64,000 nucleotides of DNA from Nitrosomonadales bacterium (GCA_009886095.1 VFJL01000003.1:5479-69478); one strand, 5' to 3'; positions 38,515 to 50,441 are shown, counted from the first letter of the stretch. Made by a program: numbers and translations. The notes: generated from the letters alone by a model not told the origin.

Positions 38515-38906
38515 TGTAGGGGGTTCGCAGCTTGGGATTCACGGCTCGCGCCAACCTGCTCCATCCGCTGCAGGTAGTGTTGCCACATTTTTTCCTGATG
38601 CAGTCCGTAATCGTAAAGCAAATCCCACGAATAAAGACCGGTATTGTGGCCATCGGAAAAATTCAATTGAATCGCATAACTACCCACCGGCTCGATGTGA
38701 TTGATATTCACATCCTTCTTGCCGGTTTGCAGCACTTCCTGGCCGGGACTATGTCCGCGCACTTCCGCCGAAGGCGAATAGACCCGCAGAAATTCGCACG
38801 GAATCTGGAAGGTTTTGCCATCCGCAAAAGAGATTTGCAATACCCTAGATTGCCGGTGCAGTTTTATTTCAGTGGCTTTGGGAGTATCTTTACTCAGTCC
38901 TGCCAT
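38487..38906 (-). CDS. DUF971 (gamma-butyrobetaine hydroxylase-like N-terminal domain) protein
   Basis: 139-aa ORF. LQISFADGKTFQIPCEFLRVYSPSAEV … YAIQLNFSDGHNTGLYSWDLLY. The last ~9 codons lie inside repeat B. Confidence 0.8.
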   Translation of the reverse strand: MAGLSKDTPKATEIKLHRQSRVLQISFADGKTFQIPCEFLRVYSPSAEVRGHSPGQEVLQTGKKDVNINHIEPVGSYAIQLNFSDGHNTGLYSWDLLYDYGLHQEKMWQHYLQRMEQVGASRESQAANPLQGSSKNSKL

Positions 38907-39005
38907 GGAGACATACCCTCAACGTATAACCATGCATGATAAACCAGCAGAAGCAAAACTAAAACTTTATTGCAGCAAGGCGGCTTATTCCAATTCACTG
39001 CTGCC

Positions 39006-39034
39006 TTGACATTCAGGCCTGATCCGACTAGAGT
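39006..39034 (+). promoter_or_regulatory. sigma70-like promoter upstream of the metal-efflux cluster
   Basis: TTGACA (39006-39011), a 17-nt spacer, then TAGAGT (39029-39034), 27 nt upstream of the 39061 ATG. Confidence 0.45.
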
Positions 39035-39060
39035 TTTTAAAGATTTCTATTGATGGAAAC

Positions 39061-39552
39061 ATGATTATGTGCCGTTCCTTCAAACAACTGGTTTGTCGTG
39101 TATTGACCGGTATGCTGCTGTTCTCGCAGTTGGCCGTCGCCGCCTATGCATGTCCGGGGATACCTGCATCAGCAACTTTTGATTGGAATAAAAACCAAAC
39201 CCTTTCTGCTACGGCAATCACTACTGAGGATGCCGGGGAGTTTGCCGCTGTCTCATCTGATAATCACAATGCTCAGGCAAGTGGCACCACCCCGAGCTGT
39301 GACCAGATGGATCGGGCCGTACAAACTGATCGCACCACACAGAATCTCTGCACTGAGCACTGCAAGTATGGGCAACAAAGTGCAGATCGCGCCTCGGTGC
39401 CAGTTCTGCCAGCAGTGTTACTTGCTACGCTCTACACCACACCACTGCTACAAGAGGCTGCCGCTCACGCCCGACCTCTTGCTGCGTTAGAGACTCACCC
39501 CTCCGCAGCTTCTCCGTCGCATACTATCCTGCACTGCTGCTTCCGAATCTGA
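39061..39552 (+). CDS. secreted Cys-containing protein of unknown function
   Basis: 163-aa ORF with a signal-like N-terminus (LLFSQLAVAAYA), conserved-looking C…LCTEHC pair and C-terminal HCC. First gene of the cus-like cluster. No family assigned. Confidence 0.5.
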   Translation: MIMCRSFKQLVCRVLTGMLLFSQLAVAAYACPGIPASATFDWNKNQTLSATAITTEDAGEFAAVSSDNHNAQASGTTPSCDQMDRAVQTDRTTQNLCTEHCKYGQQSADRASVPVLPAVLLATLYTTPLLQEAAAHARPLAALETHPSAASPSHTILHCCFRI

Positions 39553-39685
39553 TCGTCCCGCTGATGCCTGTGCCGACAGCCTAACTGGTTGCTCAGCACA
39601 TCGGCCTGTTCGTCCGTGTCTGTGCGCTCCAGCGCGCATGTCCGGCAACCTACCGGCTTATTTCTATTTGTCATCGGGAGATCTT

Positions 39686-40999
39686 ATGTTTAGTGATTAC
39701 TTCTATCCCGCACAGCGGGGCGCCCCACAGCTACGCAAGTCTGTCAGCAGCATCATCTTGGTACTGCTGCTGAGTACCGGTATGCATCACGCTCACGCGG
39801 GGCATACCCTGACCTTCGATCAGGCTCTGCATCTTGCCCAGGAACGATCACGGCAACTGGTCGCGCAAGAAGCGGTTGCCGATACCGCGCGTAATCTGGC
39901 GGTTGCCGCCGGGCGGCTGCCCGACCCGACCCTGCAACTGGGCATCAATAATCTGCCGATCAGCGGGGTGGATCAGTTCAGCATCGGTCGTGATTTCATG
40001 ACCATGCGTTCATATGGCGTGGCACAGGAATTCGTGCGGCCAGAAAAGCGCCAGGCGCGTGCCGCGCGCTTCGAACGTGAAGCGGAAGGTGCCGAAGTGG
40101 GCCGGGAACTGGCGCTGGCCAATTTGCAACGTGACACAGCGTTGGCATGGCTGGAACGCTACTATCAAGAGGCGATCCGTGAACTGTTGGTACGCCAGCG
40201 TGACGAAGCAAAATTGCAGATCAATGCGGCAGAAGCCGCTTATCGCAGCAGCCGTGGCGCGCAAGTCGACGTGTTCATTGCGCGCTCGGCGGTTGCCCAG
40301 ATTGAAGATCAGATTGCACAGCTCGACCGGCAGGTTGCAATCGCCAAGACGATGCTCGCACGCTGGGTCGGTGGTATAGCCGAAGCTCCCTTGGGAGAAA
40401 AACCGACAACTGAACTTGCCCGTCTCAAGGATGCGGATTTCAACACCGAGCTCAATCATCACCCGGTATTGGCTGTACTGGCAAAACAGGAAGAAGTTGC
40501 CAGCGCCGATGCCGAAGTTGCACGCGCCAATAAAAAAACCGACTGGAGTGTTGTGATGGCCTACAACCAGCGCGGCTCAATTTACAGCGACATGGTAACG
40601 GTCGGCATCTCCATTCCGCTGCAATGGGATCAGAAAAACCGGCAGGATCGTGAACTGGCTGCCAGGCTCGCAGTGGTTGAACGGGTGCGCGCACAGCGCG
40701 AGGAAGCAGTACGCACGCACGTTGCCGAAGTACGTTCCATGCTGCAGGAGTGGCAAAGCAATCGTGAGCGCTTCATCCGCTATGACGAAACTCTGATTCC
40801 GCTGGCGCGCGAACGCACCCAAGCGGCGCTGGCCGCCTATCGTGGCGGCACCGGCACACTTACTGCCGTGCTCGACGCGCGCCGCAACGAAATCACTACC
40901 CGCACAGAACGGCTCAGGCTGGAGCTGGAAACCGCACGCTTGTGGGCGCGGCTCAATTTCCAGGTTCCGCTAGAGCACTCTGCATCTGCAACGCATTAG
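39686..40999 (+). CDS. cusC: TolC-family outer membrane efflux protein (CusC/CzcC type)
   Basis: Two-repeat OMF architecture. The ATG at 39686 is preceded by GGGAGA. The ORF opens at 39638. Confidence 0.8.
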   Translation: MFSDYFYPAQRGAPQLRKSVSSIILVLLLSTGMHHAHAGHTLTFDQALHLAQERSRQLVAQEAVADTARNLAVAAGRLPDPTLQLGINNLPISGVDQFSIGRDFMTMRSYGVAQEFVRPEKRQARAARFEREAEGAEVGRELALANLQRDTALAWLERYYQEAIRELLVRQRDEAKLQINAAEAAYRSSRGAQVDVFIARSAVAQIEDQIAQLDRQVAIAKTMLARWVGGIAEAPLGEKPTTELARLKDADFNTELNHHPVLAVLAKQEEVASADAEVARANKKTDWSVVMAYNQRGSIYSDMVTVGISIPLQWDQKNRQDRELAARLAVVERVRAQREEAVRTHVAEVRSMLQEWQSNRERFIRYDETLIPLARERTQAALAAYRGGTGTLTAVLDARRNEITTRTERLRLELETARLWARLNFQVPLEHSASATH

Positions 41000-41012
41000 T
41001 GAAAGGGATAAT

Positions 41013-42611
41013 ATGAAACTCAAACCAATCGTGCTTGCTCTGGCTGTCGCTGCGGTGCTCGGGGCGGGTGGCTATGGCATCTACTCTCTGGGAATGAACC
41101 GTGGCATTGCCTTGAGCGGAAGCAACGCTTCCTCTCCGGCTACAACGGGGGAAGCGCTGGACGGCATCGCGGCCGGCGAAGAGGCGACCCGCCGTCACCT
41201 CAAGCAAGGTATCAAGGCAGGAGACGTGGATCCGGTGACCGGCAAGGCGATACTTTTTTACCAAGATCCAATGGTGCCGGGTAAGAGATTCGATTCGCCG
41301 GGGAAATCGCCGTTCATGGACATGATGCTGGTACCAGTCTACGCAGGTGGCGATGTGGACCAGGGCACGGTGACAGTCAGCCCTCGCATTCAGCAGAACC
41401 TTGGAATACGCACTGCAGAAGTGGTCAGCGGTTCGCTGACACCCAGGGTCGAAGCAGTCGGCGCAATTGCCTACAACGAACGCGCTCAGGTGCTTGTCCA
41501 GGCGCGTGCCACAGGTTATGTCGAACAGTTGCATGTTCGCGCCACCCTCGATCATGTGCGCAAAGGCCAACCTTTGGTCGATCTGTATGTACCAGATTGG
41601 GTGGCCGCACAGGAGGAGTACCTGTCAGTGCGCCACATGCAAGGCAGCGACTTGGCTGGGCTAATCGACGGCGCCCGTAGCCGCATGCGCCAGGCTGGTA
41701 TGAGTGAAGACCAGATCCAGTTGATCGAAACCAGCGGCAAAATACATCCGCGCATCACCCTCACCGCCCCGGTGAATGGCGTGATCGCCGAATTGACGGC
41801 GCGTGAAGGCATGACCGTAATTCAGGGGGCCGCCTTGTTTCGCCTGAACGGACTGGATACCGTGTGGGCCAATGCTGAGGTGCCAGAAAGCCAGCTTGGC
41901 TCGGTGCATCCCAGCAGCATGGTCGAGGCACGGTTACCTGCTGTTCCGGAAACAGTATTCAAGGGACGGGTACAGGCCATCCTGCCCGAGGTGAACCCTG
42001 GTACCCGCACCATCAAAGCCAGGGTAGAACTTGTTAATCAGAACGGTGCACTATCACCTGGCATGTTCGTCAACATGACATTTGTCACAGCGGGTGGCCG
42101 GGAGGCTCTGCTGATACCGAGTGAAGCAGTGATCCGTACCGGCAAACGCAACGTCGTGATAGTCGCGGAAGCCGATGGAAAATTCCATCAGATCGATGTG
42201 GAAACTGGGCTCGATAACAGTGGTCAGATCGAAATCAGGCGTGGACTGGAAGCGGGTCAGAGAGTGGTGATCTCAGGCCAGTTCCTGATCGACTCCGAGG
42301 CCAGTCTCACCGCTACCGCAACTCGCCTGGGAAGCGCCCCGGTATCGTCTACTGCTGCCATGCAGCAGCATGCAGGCAGAGCACGCATTGAAGCCATCCA
42401 CCAGGACACGGTGACCCTGTCGCACGATCCGATCATCTCAATGGATTGGGGCGCGATGACGATGGATTTCAAACTACCCAAGACTGGCTTGCCCCGCAGC
42501 ATCAAAGCAGGCGACCAGGTACGGTTTGTATTTGTCATGAACAGTGAAGGTCCACAACTCGTATCGGTTACGCCGACCATGCCGGAGACAATCACCGGGG
42601 ATAAGAAATGA
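41013..42611 (+). CDS. cusB: RND efflux periplasmic adaptor (CusB type) with C-terminal CusF-like domain
   Basis: The [30 protein letters not shown]-terminal metal site matches E. coli CusB. The extra ~110 aa at the C-terminus ([30 protein letters not shown]) resemble CusF. Confidence 0.88.
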   Translation: MKLKPIVLALAVAAVLGAGGYGIYSLGMNRGIALSGSNASSPATTGEALDGIAAGEEATRRHLKQGIKAGDVDPVTGKAILFYQDPMVPGKRFDSPGKSPFMDMMLVPVYAGGDVDQGTVTVSPRIQQNLGIRTAEVVSGSLTPRVEAVGAIAYNERAQVLVQARATGYVEQLHVRATLDHVRKGQPLVDLYVPDWVAAQEEYLSVRHMQGSDLAGLIDGARSRMRQAGMSEDQIQLIETSGKIHPRITLTAPVNGVIAELTAREGMTVIQGAALFRLNGLDTVWANAEVPESQLGSVHPSSMVEARLPAVPETVFKGRVQAILPEVNPGTRTIKARVELVNQNGALSPGMFVNMTFVTAGGREALLIPSEAVIRTGKRNVVIVAEADGKFHQIDVETGLDNSGQIEIRRGLEAGQRVVISGQFLIDSEASLTATATRLGSAPVSSTAAMQQHAGRARIEAIHQDTVTLSHDPIISMDWGAMTMDFKLPKTGLPRSIKAGDQVRFVFVMNSEGPQLVSVTPTMPETITGDKK

Positions 42612-45600
42612 TTGCCAAAATCATTCTCTGGTCGATCACCAATCGCTTTCTGGTACTGATCGCGGCGCTGATACTCACCGGTTGGGGCATATGGTCAGTC
42701 GCCAGGACACCGCTCGATGCACTGCCCGATTTGTCCGATGTCCAGGTCATCATCCGCACTACCTATCCGGGCCAGGCACCGCAAATTGTCGAGAACCAGG
42801 TCACTTATCCGCTTACTACGGCGATGCTGTCGGTGCCGGGAGCAAAGACGGTGCGCGGCTTTTCTGCCTTCGGCGATTCCTTTGTCTATGTCCTGTTCGA
42901 AGACGGTACCGATCCCTATTGGGCGCGTTCGCGCGTACTGGAGTATCTGAATCAGGTGCAGTCGCGCCTGCCGCCGCAAGCGCGTACTAGCCTCGGCCCC
43001 GACGCTACCGGTGTCGGTTGGGTGTACGAGTACGCACTCGTCGACCGTAGCGGCAAAACGGATCTGTCGCAACTACGTGCACTGCAGGATTGGTTTCTCA
43101 GATACGAGTTGAAAACGGTACCCAACGTCTCCGAGGTAGCCAGTGTCGGCGGCATGGTGCGGCAGTACCAGATTGTGCTTGATCCAGCCCGATTGCGTGC
43201 CTACAACATTTCCCACGCGCAAGTCATCGCTGCCGTACGCCGGGCGAACCAGGAGACCGGTGGTTCGGTACTCGAACTGGGCGAGGCGGAATATATGGTG
43301 CGTGCTTCGGGTTACCTGCAATCGCTTGATGATTTTCACCGAATTCCGTTGAAGGTTACCGATACCGGCGTTTCCGTGCGTCTGGGTGATGTAGCGCGAG
43401 TGCAGATTGGTCCCGAACTACGGCGTGGCATCACCGAACTCAACGGCGAAGGTGAAGTCGCTGGCGGTGTGATCGTGATGCGCTACGGCAAGAACGCACT
43501 GGAAACTATCGAGGCGGTCAAGGCGAAACTGAAAGCGCTGCAATCCGGCCTGCCGCCTGGCGTGGAAATCGTGCCAACCTATGACCGCTCGGGCTTGATT
43601 TTGCGTGCGGTGAATAACCTCAAAGAAAAGCTGATCGAGGAATTTATCGTCGTCGCCCTGGTCTGCGTACTGTTCCTATTCCATCTGCGCTCAGCTTTCG
43701 TCGCCATCGTCTCGCTACCGCTGGGCGTACTTGCAGCTTTCATCGTCATGCATTATCAGGGCATCAATGCCAATATCATGTCGCTCGGTGGTATCGCCAT
43801 CGCCATCGGCGCCATGGTCGATGCCGCTGTGGTCATGATTGAGAATGCCCACAAACACCTGGAGGAATGGGGTCATGCCCATCCCGGCGAGACGCTCAGC
43901 AGCGCACAGCGCTGGACGGTGATCGGTGAAGCTGCCACCGAGGTGGGGCCAACACTGTTTTTCTGTCTACTGATTATTACTTTATCGTTCATCCCGGTAT
44001 TCACGCTGGAGGCACAGGAAGGACGTTTGTTCTCTCCACTGGCTTACACCAAGACCTATGCAATGGCGGCAGCAGCCGGATTGTCGATCACCCTCGTACC
44101 GGTGCTGATGGGTTACCTTATTCGCGGACGTATTCCCGCAGAACAAAGCAATCCGCTCACCCGCAACCTGATCGCGCTGTACCGGCCACTACTCGAACGC
44201 GTACTGCGCTTTCCAAAAACCACGCTGGCAACCGCCACCCTGGTTCTGGCCGCAACCGCATGGCCGATGACGCAACTCGGGGGTGAATTCATGCCGCCGC
44301 TCGACGAAGGCGATCTGCTCTACATGCCGTCGGCATTACCCGGACTTTCCGCCGGCAAAGTCGCGCAACTGCTGCAGCAGACCGATCGGCTGATCAAGAC
44401 GGTGCCTGAAGTCGCAAGCGTATTCGGCAAAGCAGGACGAGCCGAGACTGCCACCGATCCCGCACCACTGGAGATGTTCGAAACCACGATCCAGTTCAAG
44501 CCACGCGAGCAGTGGCGGCCCGGTATGACCCAGGACAAACTGGTGGCGGAACTGGATCACATCGTCAAGGTGCCTGGCCTTACCAACATCTGGGTACCGC
44601 CGATTCGCAACCGCATCGATATGCTGGCCACGGGGATCAAAAGTCCCGTTGGGGTGAAGGTAGCTGGCACCAGCTTGGCCGAGATTGATCGCATCACCGC
44701 CGAGATTGAACATGCAGTGAAGAAGGTGCCTGGCGTGTCTTCCGCCCTGGCCGATCGGCTGACCGGTGGTCGCTACATCGACGTGAGGATAGACCGGGAT
44801 GCGGCAGCGCGCTTCGGTATGAACATCGCCGACGTTCAATCGGTGGTGGCTTCCGCGATTGGCGGGGAAAACATCGGTGAGACGGTCGAGGGTCTGGAAC
44901 GTTATCCGATCAATCTGCGCTATCCGCGCGAACTACGCGACTCGCTGGAAAAGCTGCGACAGCTTCCGATAGTAACCGAGCGTGGTGCTCAAATCGTACT
45001 ATCCGACGTAGCGGAACTGGTCATCATCGATGGGCCAACCATGCTCAAGTCAGAAAATTCACGTCTGTCTGGCTGGGTGTACGTGGACATTCGCGGGCGT
45101 GATCTACGCTCAGCGGTGATCGAGATGCAGCGCGCGGTAGCAGCAGAAGTAACCATCCCGCCCGGTTATTCAATTTCCTGGTCGGGGCAGTTCGAATTTC
45201 TCGAACGCGCTACCGCCAAACTGATGCTGGTGGTGCCGCTCACGCTGTTTATCATCCTGGCGCTGTTGTACCTGGCCTTTCAGCGTTTCGATGAAGCCTT
45301 GCTGATCATGGCAGCGTTACCATTCTCGTTGGTGGGGGGATTCTGGTTGCTGTATCTGCTGGGGCACAACTTGTCGATTGCAGGAGCGGTGGGGTTTATT
45401 GCGCTAGCGGGAGTGTCGGCGGAGTTCGGCGTGATCATGCTGTTCTACCTCAAACACGCCTGGGATAAACAGTTGATCGAGGGCAAGACCAGCGCCGCCG
45501 ATCTGCTCGACGCGATCCGTGAGGGCGCGGTACTGCGGGTACGGCCCAAGGCGATGACGGTCGCAGTCATCCTCGGGGGACTCCTACCGATCATGTTCGG

Positions 45601-45730
45601 TTCGGGTACCGGTTCGGAAGTCATGCAGCGGATTGCGGCACCAATGATCGGTGGCATGATTACCGCGCCGCTACTGTCGATGTTCGTGATTCCGGCAGTG
45701 TATCTGCTGCTGCGCCGCCCGCCACACTAA
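42608..45730 (+). CDS. cusA: CusA/CzcA-family heavy-metal RND efflux pump
   Basis: 1040-aa 12-TM RND protein. 4-nt overlap with cusB. Confidence 0.93.
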   Translation: MIAKIILWSITNRFLVLIAALILTGWGIWSVARTPLDALPDLSDVQVIIRTTYPGQAPQIVENQVTYPLTTAMLSVPGAKTVRGFSAFGDSFVYVLFEDGTDPYWARSRVLEYLNQVQSRLPPQARTSLGPDATGVGWVYEYALVDRSGKTDLSQLRALQDWFLRYELKTVPNVSEVASVGGMVRQYQIVLDPARLRAYNISHAQVIAAVRRANQETGGSVLELGEAEYMVRASGYLQSLDDFHRIPLKVTDTGVSVRLGDVARVQIGPELRRGITELNGEGEVAGGVIVMRYGKNALETIEAVKAKLKALQSGLPPGVEIVPTYDRSGLILRAVNNLKEKLIEEFIVVALVCVLFLFHLRSAFVAIVSLPLGVLAAFIVMHYQGINANIMSLGGIAIAIGAMVDAAVVMIENAHKHLEEWGHAHPGETLSSAQRWTVIGEAATEVGPTLFFCLLIITLSFIPVFTLEAQEGRLFSPLAYTKTYAMAAAAGLSITLVPVLMGYLIRGRIPAEQSNPLTRNLIALYRPLLERVLRFPKTTLATATLVLAATAWPMTQLGGEFMPPLDEGDLLYMPSALPGLSAGKVAQLLQQTDRLIKTVPEVASVFGKAGRAETATDPAPLEMFETTIQFKPREQWRPGMTQDKLVAELDHIVKVPGLTNIWVPPIRNRIDMLATGIKSPVGVKVAGTSLAEIDRITAEIEHAVKKVPGVSSALADRLTGGRYIDVRIDRDAAARFGMNIADVQSVVASAIGGENIGETVEGLERYPINLRYPRELRDSLEKLRQLPIVTERGAQIVLSDVAELVIIDGPTMLKSENSRLSGWVYVDIRGRDLRSAVIEMQRAVAAEVTIPPGYSISWSGQFEFLERATAKLMLVVPLTLFIILALLYLAFQRFDEALLIMAALPFSLVGGFWLLYLLGHNLSIAGAVGFIALAGVSAEFGVIMLFYLKHAWDKQLIEGKTSAADLLDAIREGAVLRVRPKAMTVAVILGGLLPIMFGSGTGSEVMQRIAAPMIGGMITAPLLSMFVIPAVYLLLRRPPH

Positions 45731-46314
45731 TTCGCAATCAACGTCGCTTCGATTTCAGCAAAGGTCTTGGCAACTTCGGTGGATGAGATGGCAGCACCGA
45801 GTTGCTTTTCGATCTGCGTTAACGAAAAAATACCGCACACTACTGGCTTGCCTGCGGCATTTCTTTCCATCACCAGGGTATGCTGTCGCCCAGTATCACG
45901 CAAGCTGGCGATCACATGCCCGACCTTGGCATGCTGCACTTCTGCGACAGGAATTGCTTCGAGACGACCGAGCGGGGTCATGATATCCGAGACCAGGATC
46001 TCATTGTGCTTCACACCTCGCTCCCGAATAAAACGCAGTGGCTTTTCGCCGAGAATATCCGTTGCGGTGATAATGCCGCCAAGGGCACGATCCTGATCCA
46101 GCACCAGCAACGAGCGCACACCGCGCTGTATCATAAACGCATTAGCCGATTCCATAGTCACGTGCGGCTCGATTACAGCGGCATAAACTTGCCGCAGATC
46201 GGTCAGCACATCAAGGGCCGGTGATTCCAGAGTGACAGACTTGGGCGGAGCGGGGCGGGAAATCTGCACAGCCCCCGTCAAGCGTTGTGCAGGAAGAACG
46301 TGATAGTCGGACAT
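45727..46314 (-). CDS. CBS domain pair protein
   Basis: Tandem CBS-like repeats (…[11 protein letters not shown]…, …[10 protein letters not shown]…). The ATG at 46314 is preceded by GGAGG. The ORF runs to 46425. Confidence 0.75.
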   Translation of the reverse strand: MSDYHVLPAQRLTGAVQISRPAPPKSVTLESPALDVLTDLRQVYAAVIEPHVTMESANAFMIQRGVRSLLVLDQDRALGGIITATDILGEKPLRFIRERGVKHNEILVSDIMTPLGRLEAIPVAEVQHAKVGHVIASLRDTGRQHTLVMERNAAGKPVVCGIFSLTQIEKQLGAAISSTEVAKTFAEIEATLIAN

Positions 46315-46533
46315 GGTGTAAACCTCCAGCGTTGGTGGATGGGATGCACTTGTGAAAGGATGGAAATCAGACCCCCTTCTGAGAAGAACTCTACGCTCAA
46401 CAGAATGATGGGTCAATGCAATCATGATATAGAAATCAGATTCCTGACCTGCGCTACCAGAAGCTCACGCGCGCGCCCGCTCAGGCCGGAACTGAAAGTT
46501 TGATAGAATACGTTCAGATTGCTGACGGCGGCG

Positions 46534-46564
46534 CGAAGTGTCACTAATGAAATAGGATTGGAAT
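46534..46564 (-). repeat. repeat family A, terminal fragment (copy 4)
   Basis: cgaagtgtcactaatgaaataggattggaat is the reverse complement of the left end of family A. Only ~31 nt are recognisable. Confidence 0.6.
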
Positions 46565-46606
46565 AAAAATCCCGCATCAGTGCTCTTTCTGAATTCTTTT
46601 ATTTGG

Positions 46607-47644
46607 ATGATTATGTATCTGCTTCAGAGAAGTATCGGTTCGATCTGCCTGCCAACACTGCTGGCCGCTTTGGGGCTACTTGCAGCCGGCTGGAGTTCCC
46701 CGCTTATGGCAACACAACTGCGTCCGGAAGTGGACGCGTTTATCGGTGAGATGATCGAGCGGCATGGGTTCGAGCAGGCTGAACTTGCACAAATATTTAG
46801 AACGGCACAATTTCAGCCGGCTATCATCCAGGCAATTTCGCAGCTGGTCACAGCCCGGCCATGGCATGAATACCGTCCTTTGTTTGTCAATACCCGGCGC
46901 ATTGTGGGTGGAGCTGCCTTCTGGAACAGGCATGCTGCGACTCTGGAGCAAGCAAGGAAGGAGCATGGTATCCCCGAGGAAATCGTTGCTGCAGTGATTG
47001 GGGTGGAAACCCTATACGGCGCGCAGACCGGCAGGCATCGTGTACTGGATGCGCTGGTTACACTGGCGTTCGATTACCCCCGGCGCGCCGAATTTTTCCG
47101 CAGTGAACTGGAGCAATATCTGTTGCTGACACGCGAGCAGGGCGTTGATGCATTAAATCTCAGAGGCTCCTACGCAGGTGCAATCGGCATTCCGCAATTT
47201 ATGCCCAGCAGCTATCGGCGTTATGCGGTCGATTTCGATGGCGATGGCAGGAAGGAATTATCACTGAGCGCTGCGGACGCGATCGGCAGCGTTGCCAATT
47301 ATCTCAAGGTCTTTGGCTGGGAAATGGGACAGGTAGTGACGGCACGTGCACAGGTCAGCGGGGAAGGCTATCAGGAAGCGCTGGCTGCGGGAATCAAGCC
47401 CCTGCTTACAATGGCAGAAATGAAACAGCTGGGGGTTACGCCACTGGTGGAGTCAACAGATATTGCCAGCGACAAGTTGGCGGCGCTGTTAGTGCTGGAG
47501 GGCAAGGATGGCCCTGAGTACTGGTTTGGCTTCAATAATTTCTATGTCATCACTCGCTATAACCGCAGCACCTATTACGCCATGTCGGTGCTACAGTTAG
47601 CCGAAGAAATCCGCGTAGCAAAAAATGCAAACAATGGGCTTTAA
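46607..47644 (+). CDS. mltB: lytic murein transglycosylase B
   Basis: MltB/SltB family (…VIGVETLYG…, …GSYAGAIGIPQFMPSSY…, …NRSTYYA…). The ORF opens at a GTG at 46580. The ATG at 46607 is taken as the start. Confidence 0.85.
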   Translation: MIMYLLQRSIGSICLPTLLAALGLLAAGWSSPLMATQLRPEVDAFIGEMIERHGFEQAELAQIFRTAQFQPAIIQAISQLVTARPWHEYRPLFVNTRRIVGGAAFWNRHAATLEQARKEHGIPEEIVAAVIGVETLYGAQTGRHRVLDALVTLAFDYPRRAEFFRSELEQYLLLTREQGVDALNLRGSYAGAIGIPQFMPSSYRRYAVDFDGDGRKELSLSAADAIGSVANYLKVFGWEMGQVVTARAQVSGEGYQEALAAGIKPLLTMAEMKQLGVTPLVESTDIASDKLAALLVLEGKDGPEYWFGFNNFYVITRYNRSTYYAMSVLQLAEEIRVAKNANNGL

Positions 47645-47663
47645 CGTCGACCGCAGGAATATT

Positions 47664-48743
47664 TTATTTCTCATTGGAGGACTGGTCAAACGCCACCACA
47701 TGATCCACTTCCAGTCTGATGCCGATTTTCTCGCCGATGGCGTGATTGTGGTGGCTGGGTACCAGCGATAGCGCAGTCGCACCGCTGGGCAGATGCAGCG
47801 TATACAGAATATCGGCGCCGCGAAAAGCCTTGTGCAGCACCACCGCCTGTAGAGAGCTGGTGTCATCATGCACGATGTCGTCCGGGCGCAGCAGCACGTC
47901 GACATGGCAGCCCTCGCCGCATACCTGAGCATCTGGCGCGCATTGGTGCGGAATGTCTGCAGTAAGAATCCCCAGCTCGATTTCCACCCGGCGCAGATCC
48001 AGCACCTTGCCGGGCAGGAACACGCCCTGGCCGATAAAGTCCGCGACGAAACGATTGGCGGGGCGATGATAGAGGTTGTAGGCGCTATCCCATTGTTGGA
48101 TTTCGCCACGATGCATAACGCCGATCTCATCGGCAATAGTGAAAGCCTCATTCTGATCGTGTGTCACCAGAATAGCAGTGGCATTCTGGCTCTTGAGAAT
48201 GTCGCGCACTTCCAGGCTCAAACGTTCACGCAGACTCACATCCAGATTGGAGAAAGGCTCATCCAGCAGCAGCAGATCTGGCCGTGGTGCCAGCGCGCGC
48301 GCCAATGCCACGCGCTGCTGCTGGCCGCCAGATAGTTCGTGCGGGTACTTGTTGGCCGTATCGGCGAGGCCCACAATCTGCAGCAATTCTGCAACGCGCG
48401 GCACGCGCTCGCTTTTCGGCAGGCGATGCAGACCGAAGCCGATGTTGGCGGTAACGGTAAGGTGCGGAAATAGCGCGTAGTCCTGAAACACCATGCCAAT
48501 GTGTCGTTGTTCCGGTGGCAGGGAAAACCCGCTGCCGCTAACCTTTACGCCATTCAGCAAAATCTCTCCTGCTGCTACCGGCTCGAACCCGGCAATACAG
48601 CGCAATACCGTGGTTTTGCCGCAGCCGCTCGGCCCCAGCAGACAGCCGATCTGACCTTTCTCCAGCGTCAACGACAAATCGTTCACTACCAGTTGCTGGC
48701 CATAAGCGTGCCGGATATTTTTCAGTTCGAGCAGTGCGTGCAT
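47664..48743 (-). CDS. fbpC: Fe(3+)-type ABC transporter ATP-binding protein
   Basis: Walker A GPSGCGKTT and signature LSGGQQQRVALARAL. The Met at 48743 lies 5 nt after the permease stop. The ORF runs to 48836. Confidence 0.88.
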   Translation of the reverse strand: MHALLELKNIRHAYGQQLVVNDLSLTLEKGQIGCLLGPSGCGKTTVLRCIAGFEPVAAGEILLNGVKVSGSGFSLPPEQRHIGMVFQDYALFPHLTVTANIGFGLHRLPKSERVPRVAELLQIVGLADTANKYPHELSGGQQQRVALARALAPRPDLLLLDEPFSNLDVSLRERLSLEVRDILKSQNATAILVTHDQNEAFTIADEIGVMHRGEIQQWDSAYNLYHRPANRFVADFIGQGVFLPGKVLDLRRVEIELGILTADIPHQCAPDAQVCGEGCHVDVLLRPDDIVHDDTSSLQAVVLHKAFRGADILYTLHLPSGATALSLVPSHHNHAIGEKIGIRLEVDHVVAFDQSSNEK

Positions 48744-48748
48744 GAAGG

Positions 48749-50431
48749 TTATTTTTCCGTTTGCCGCATAAACAAAATAATCGGCACCAAGCCTGCCAGC
48801 ACCAGCGCCACCGCCGGTAGTGCGGCCTGCTCCCATTCACCTTCCGAAGTCATTTCGAAAATCCGTACCGCCAGCGTATCCCAACCGAACGGTCGGGTCA
48901 TCAGGGTAATGGGCATTTCTTTCATCACGTCGACGAATACCAGGGTGGCGGCGGTAAAGATGCCACTTTTCAGAATGGGCAAGTGTACGCGCCGCAGCAT
49001 CGCCCAGCCGTTCAGACCAAGCCCCATCGCAGCTTCGTCGATGCTGCTGGTGATGCGCTGCATCGCGCTGTCGATGGGGCTATGACTCACCGCAAGAAAG
49101 CGCGTCATGTAGGCAAACAGCATAATAACGAGCGTGCCCTGAATCAATAATCCGGTCTCGATCTGGAATAATTGCAGTGCCATCTCCCCCAGCCAGTTAT
49201 CCAGCCAGGCCAGCGGCACAAATATTCCTACTGCCAGCACCGTGCCGGGCAAGGCATAGCCGAGGGTGGCAATGCGTACTGCATTACGCGTGGCGGGATC
49301 GGGATGGCGGCGCGCTGCATACACTAACAGCAGCGCCACCCCACAGGTAAGCAGTGCGGCGAGTGCGGACAGCAGCAGCGAATGCCAGAGGAAATCCAGA
49401 TAGCGCGAGTCGAAATCCTGCACGAAAGTGCCGGCTGCCCAGATACCTAGTTGCGCGACCGGTAGCAGAAAGGCGAAAAACAGGGTACCCGTGGCCAGGG
49501 TGGTGGCGGCCCCAGCGCGCCAATCACTAAGTGCAATGCGGTCACCGCGCGCACTCTGCTTGGTCTCGGCATAGCGCATGCGTACACGAATTTGCTGCTC
49601 CACCACGATCAGGGCAAACACGATCACGATTAGCAGCGAAGCCAATTGCGAAGCTGCCGACAGCGAGAACATGCCAAACCAGGCTTTGTAGATGGCGGTG
49701 GTGAAAGTGTCATAATTGAATACCGATACTGTGCCGAAATCCGCCAGAGTTTCCATCAGCGCCAGCATTACCCCGCCCGCGATCCATGGCCGCGCCATCG
49801 GTAGCGCCACTTTGAAGAAACCCTGCGTGCGGTTAAAGCCCAGCGATTGCGCGGCTTCCAGCGAACGCTTGCCCTGCGTGAGGAAAGCGTTGCGCGCGAG
49901 CAAATAGACATACGGATAAAATGCCAGGATCATGACCGTGATGACCCCCAGCCGACCGCGCACCTCCGGAAACCAGGACTCCGGCCCCAGCCAGGAACGC
50001 AAGGCAGTCTGCAGCGGGCCGGTGTAATCGAACAGCCCCAGCATCACGAATGCGGTAACGTAGGCGGGAACCGCGAGCGGCAACAATAGCGCCCAGGAAA
50101 AGAATTTGCGCCCCGGAAATTCGCATACTGCAGTGAGCCAGGCGAGGCTGACTCCCAGCAACGCGGTACCAATAACCACGCCCAACGCCAGCCAGAAAGT
50201 ATTGATCAGCAGACCAGGCAGAGTGGTTTCGACCAAGTGCTGCCAGATATCACTGGCAGGGTCAAAGAATGACGAAAGGACAGTACCGATCGGAATCAGC
50301 ACCAGTGCAGCGACCAGAAACGGGATCAGGCACCAGCCAGACGCAGTGCGGTGGGCCGAAGGCGTGAAGCGGGAAAAACCGGTTAGCGTATTTCCATTTC
50401 GCACCGTGGCACTAAGCGTCTCATCCTTCAC
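48749..50431 (-). CDS. fbpB: iron ABC transporter permease (fused two-domain)
   Basis: 560-aa 12-TM permease with two EAA-like loops (EAAQSLG, EAAMGLG). Confidence 0.88.
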   Translation of the reverse strand: MKDETLSATVRNGNTLTGFSRFTPSAHRTASGWCLIPFLVAALVLIPIGTVLSSFFDPASDIWQHLVETTLPGLLINTFWLALGVVIGTALLGVSLAWLTAVCEFPGRKFFSWALLLPLAVPAYVTAFVMLGLFDYTGPLQTALRSWLGPESWFPEVRGRLGVITVMILAFYPYVYLLARNAFLTQGKRSLEAAQSLGFNRTQGFFKVALPMARPWIAGGVMLALMETLADFGTVSVFNYDTFTTAIYKAWFGMFSLSAASQLASLLIVIVFALIVVEQQIRVRMRYAETKQSARGDRIALSDWRAGAATTLATGTLFFAFLLPVAQLGIWAAGTFVQDFDSRYLDFLWHSLLLSALAALLTCGVALLLVYAARRHPDPATRNAVRIATLGYALPGTVLAVGIFVPLAWLDNWLGEMALQLFQIETGLLIQGTLVIMLFAYMTRFLAVSHSPIDSAMQRITSSIDEAAMGLGLNGWAMLRRVHLPILKSGIFTAATLVFVDVMKEMPITLMTRPFGWDTLAVRIFEMTSEGEWEQAALPAVALVLAGLVPIILFMRQTEK

Positions 50432-50441
50432 CTGTGCTGCC

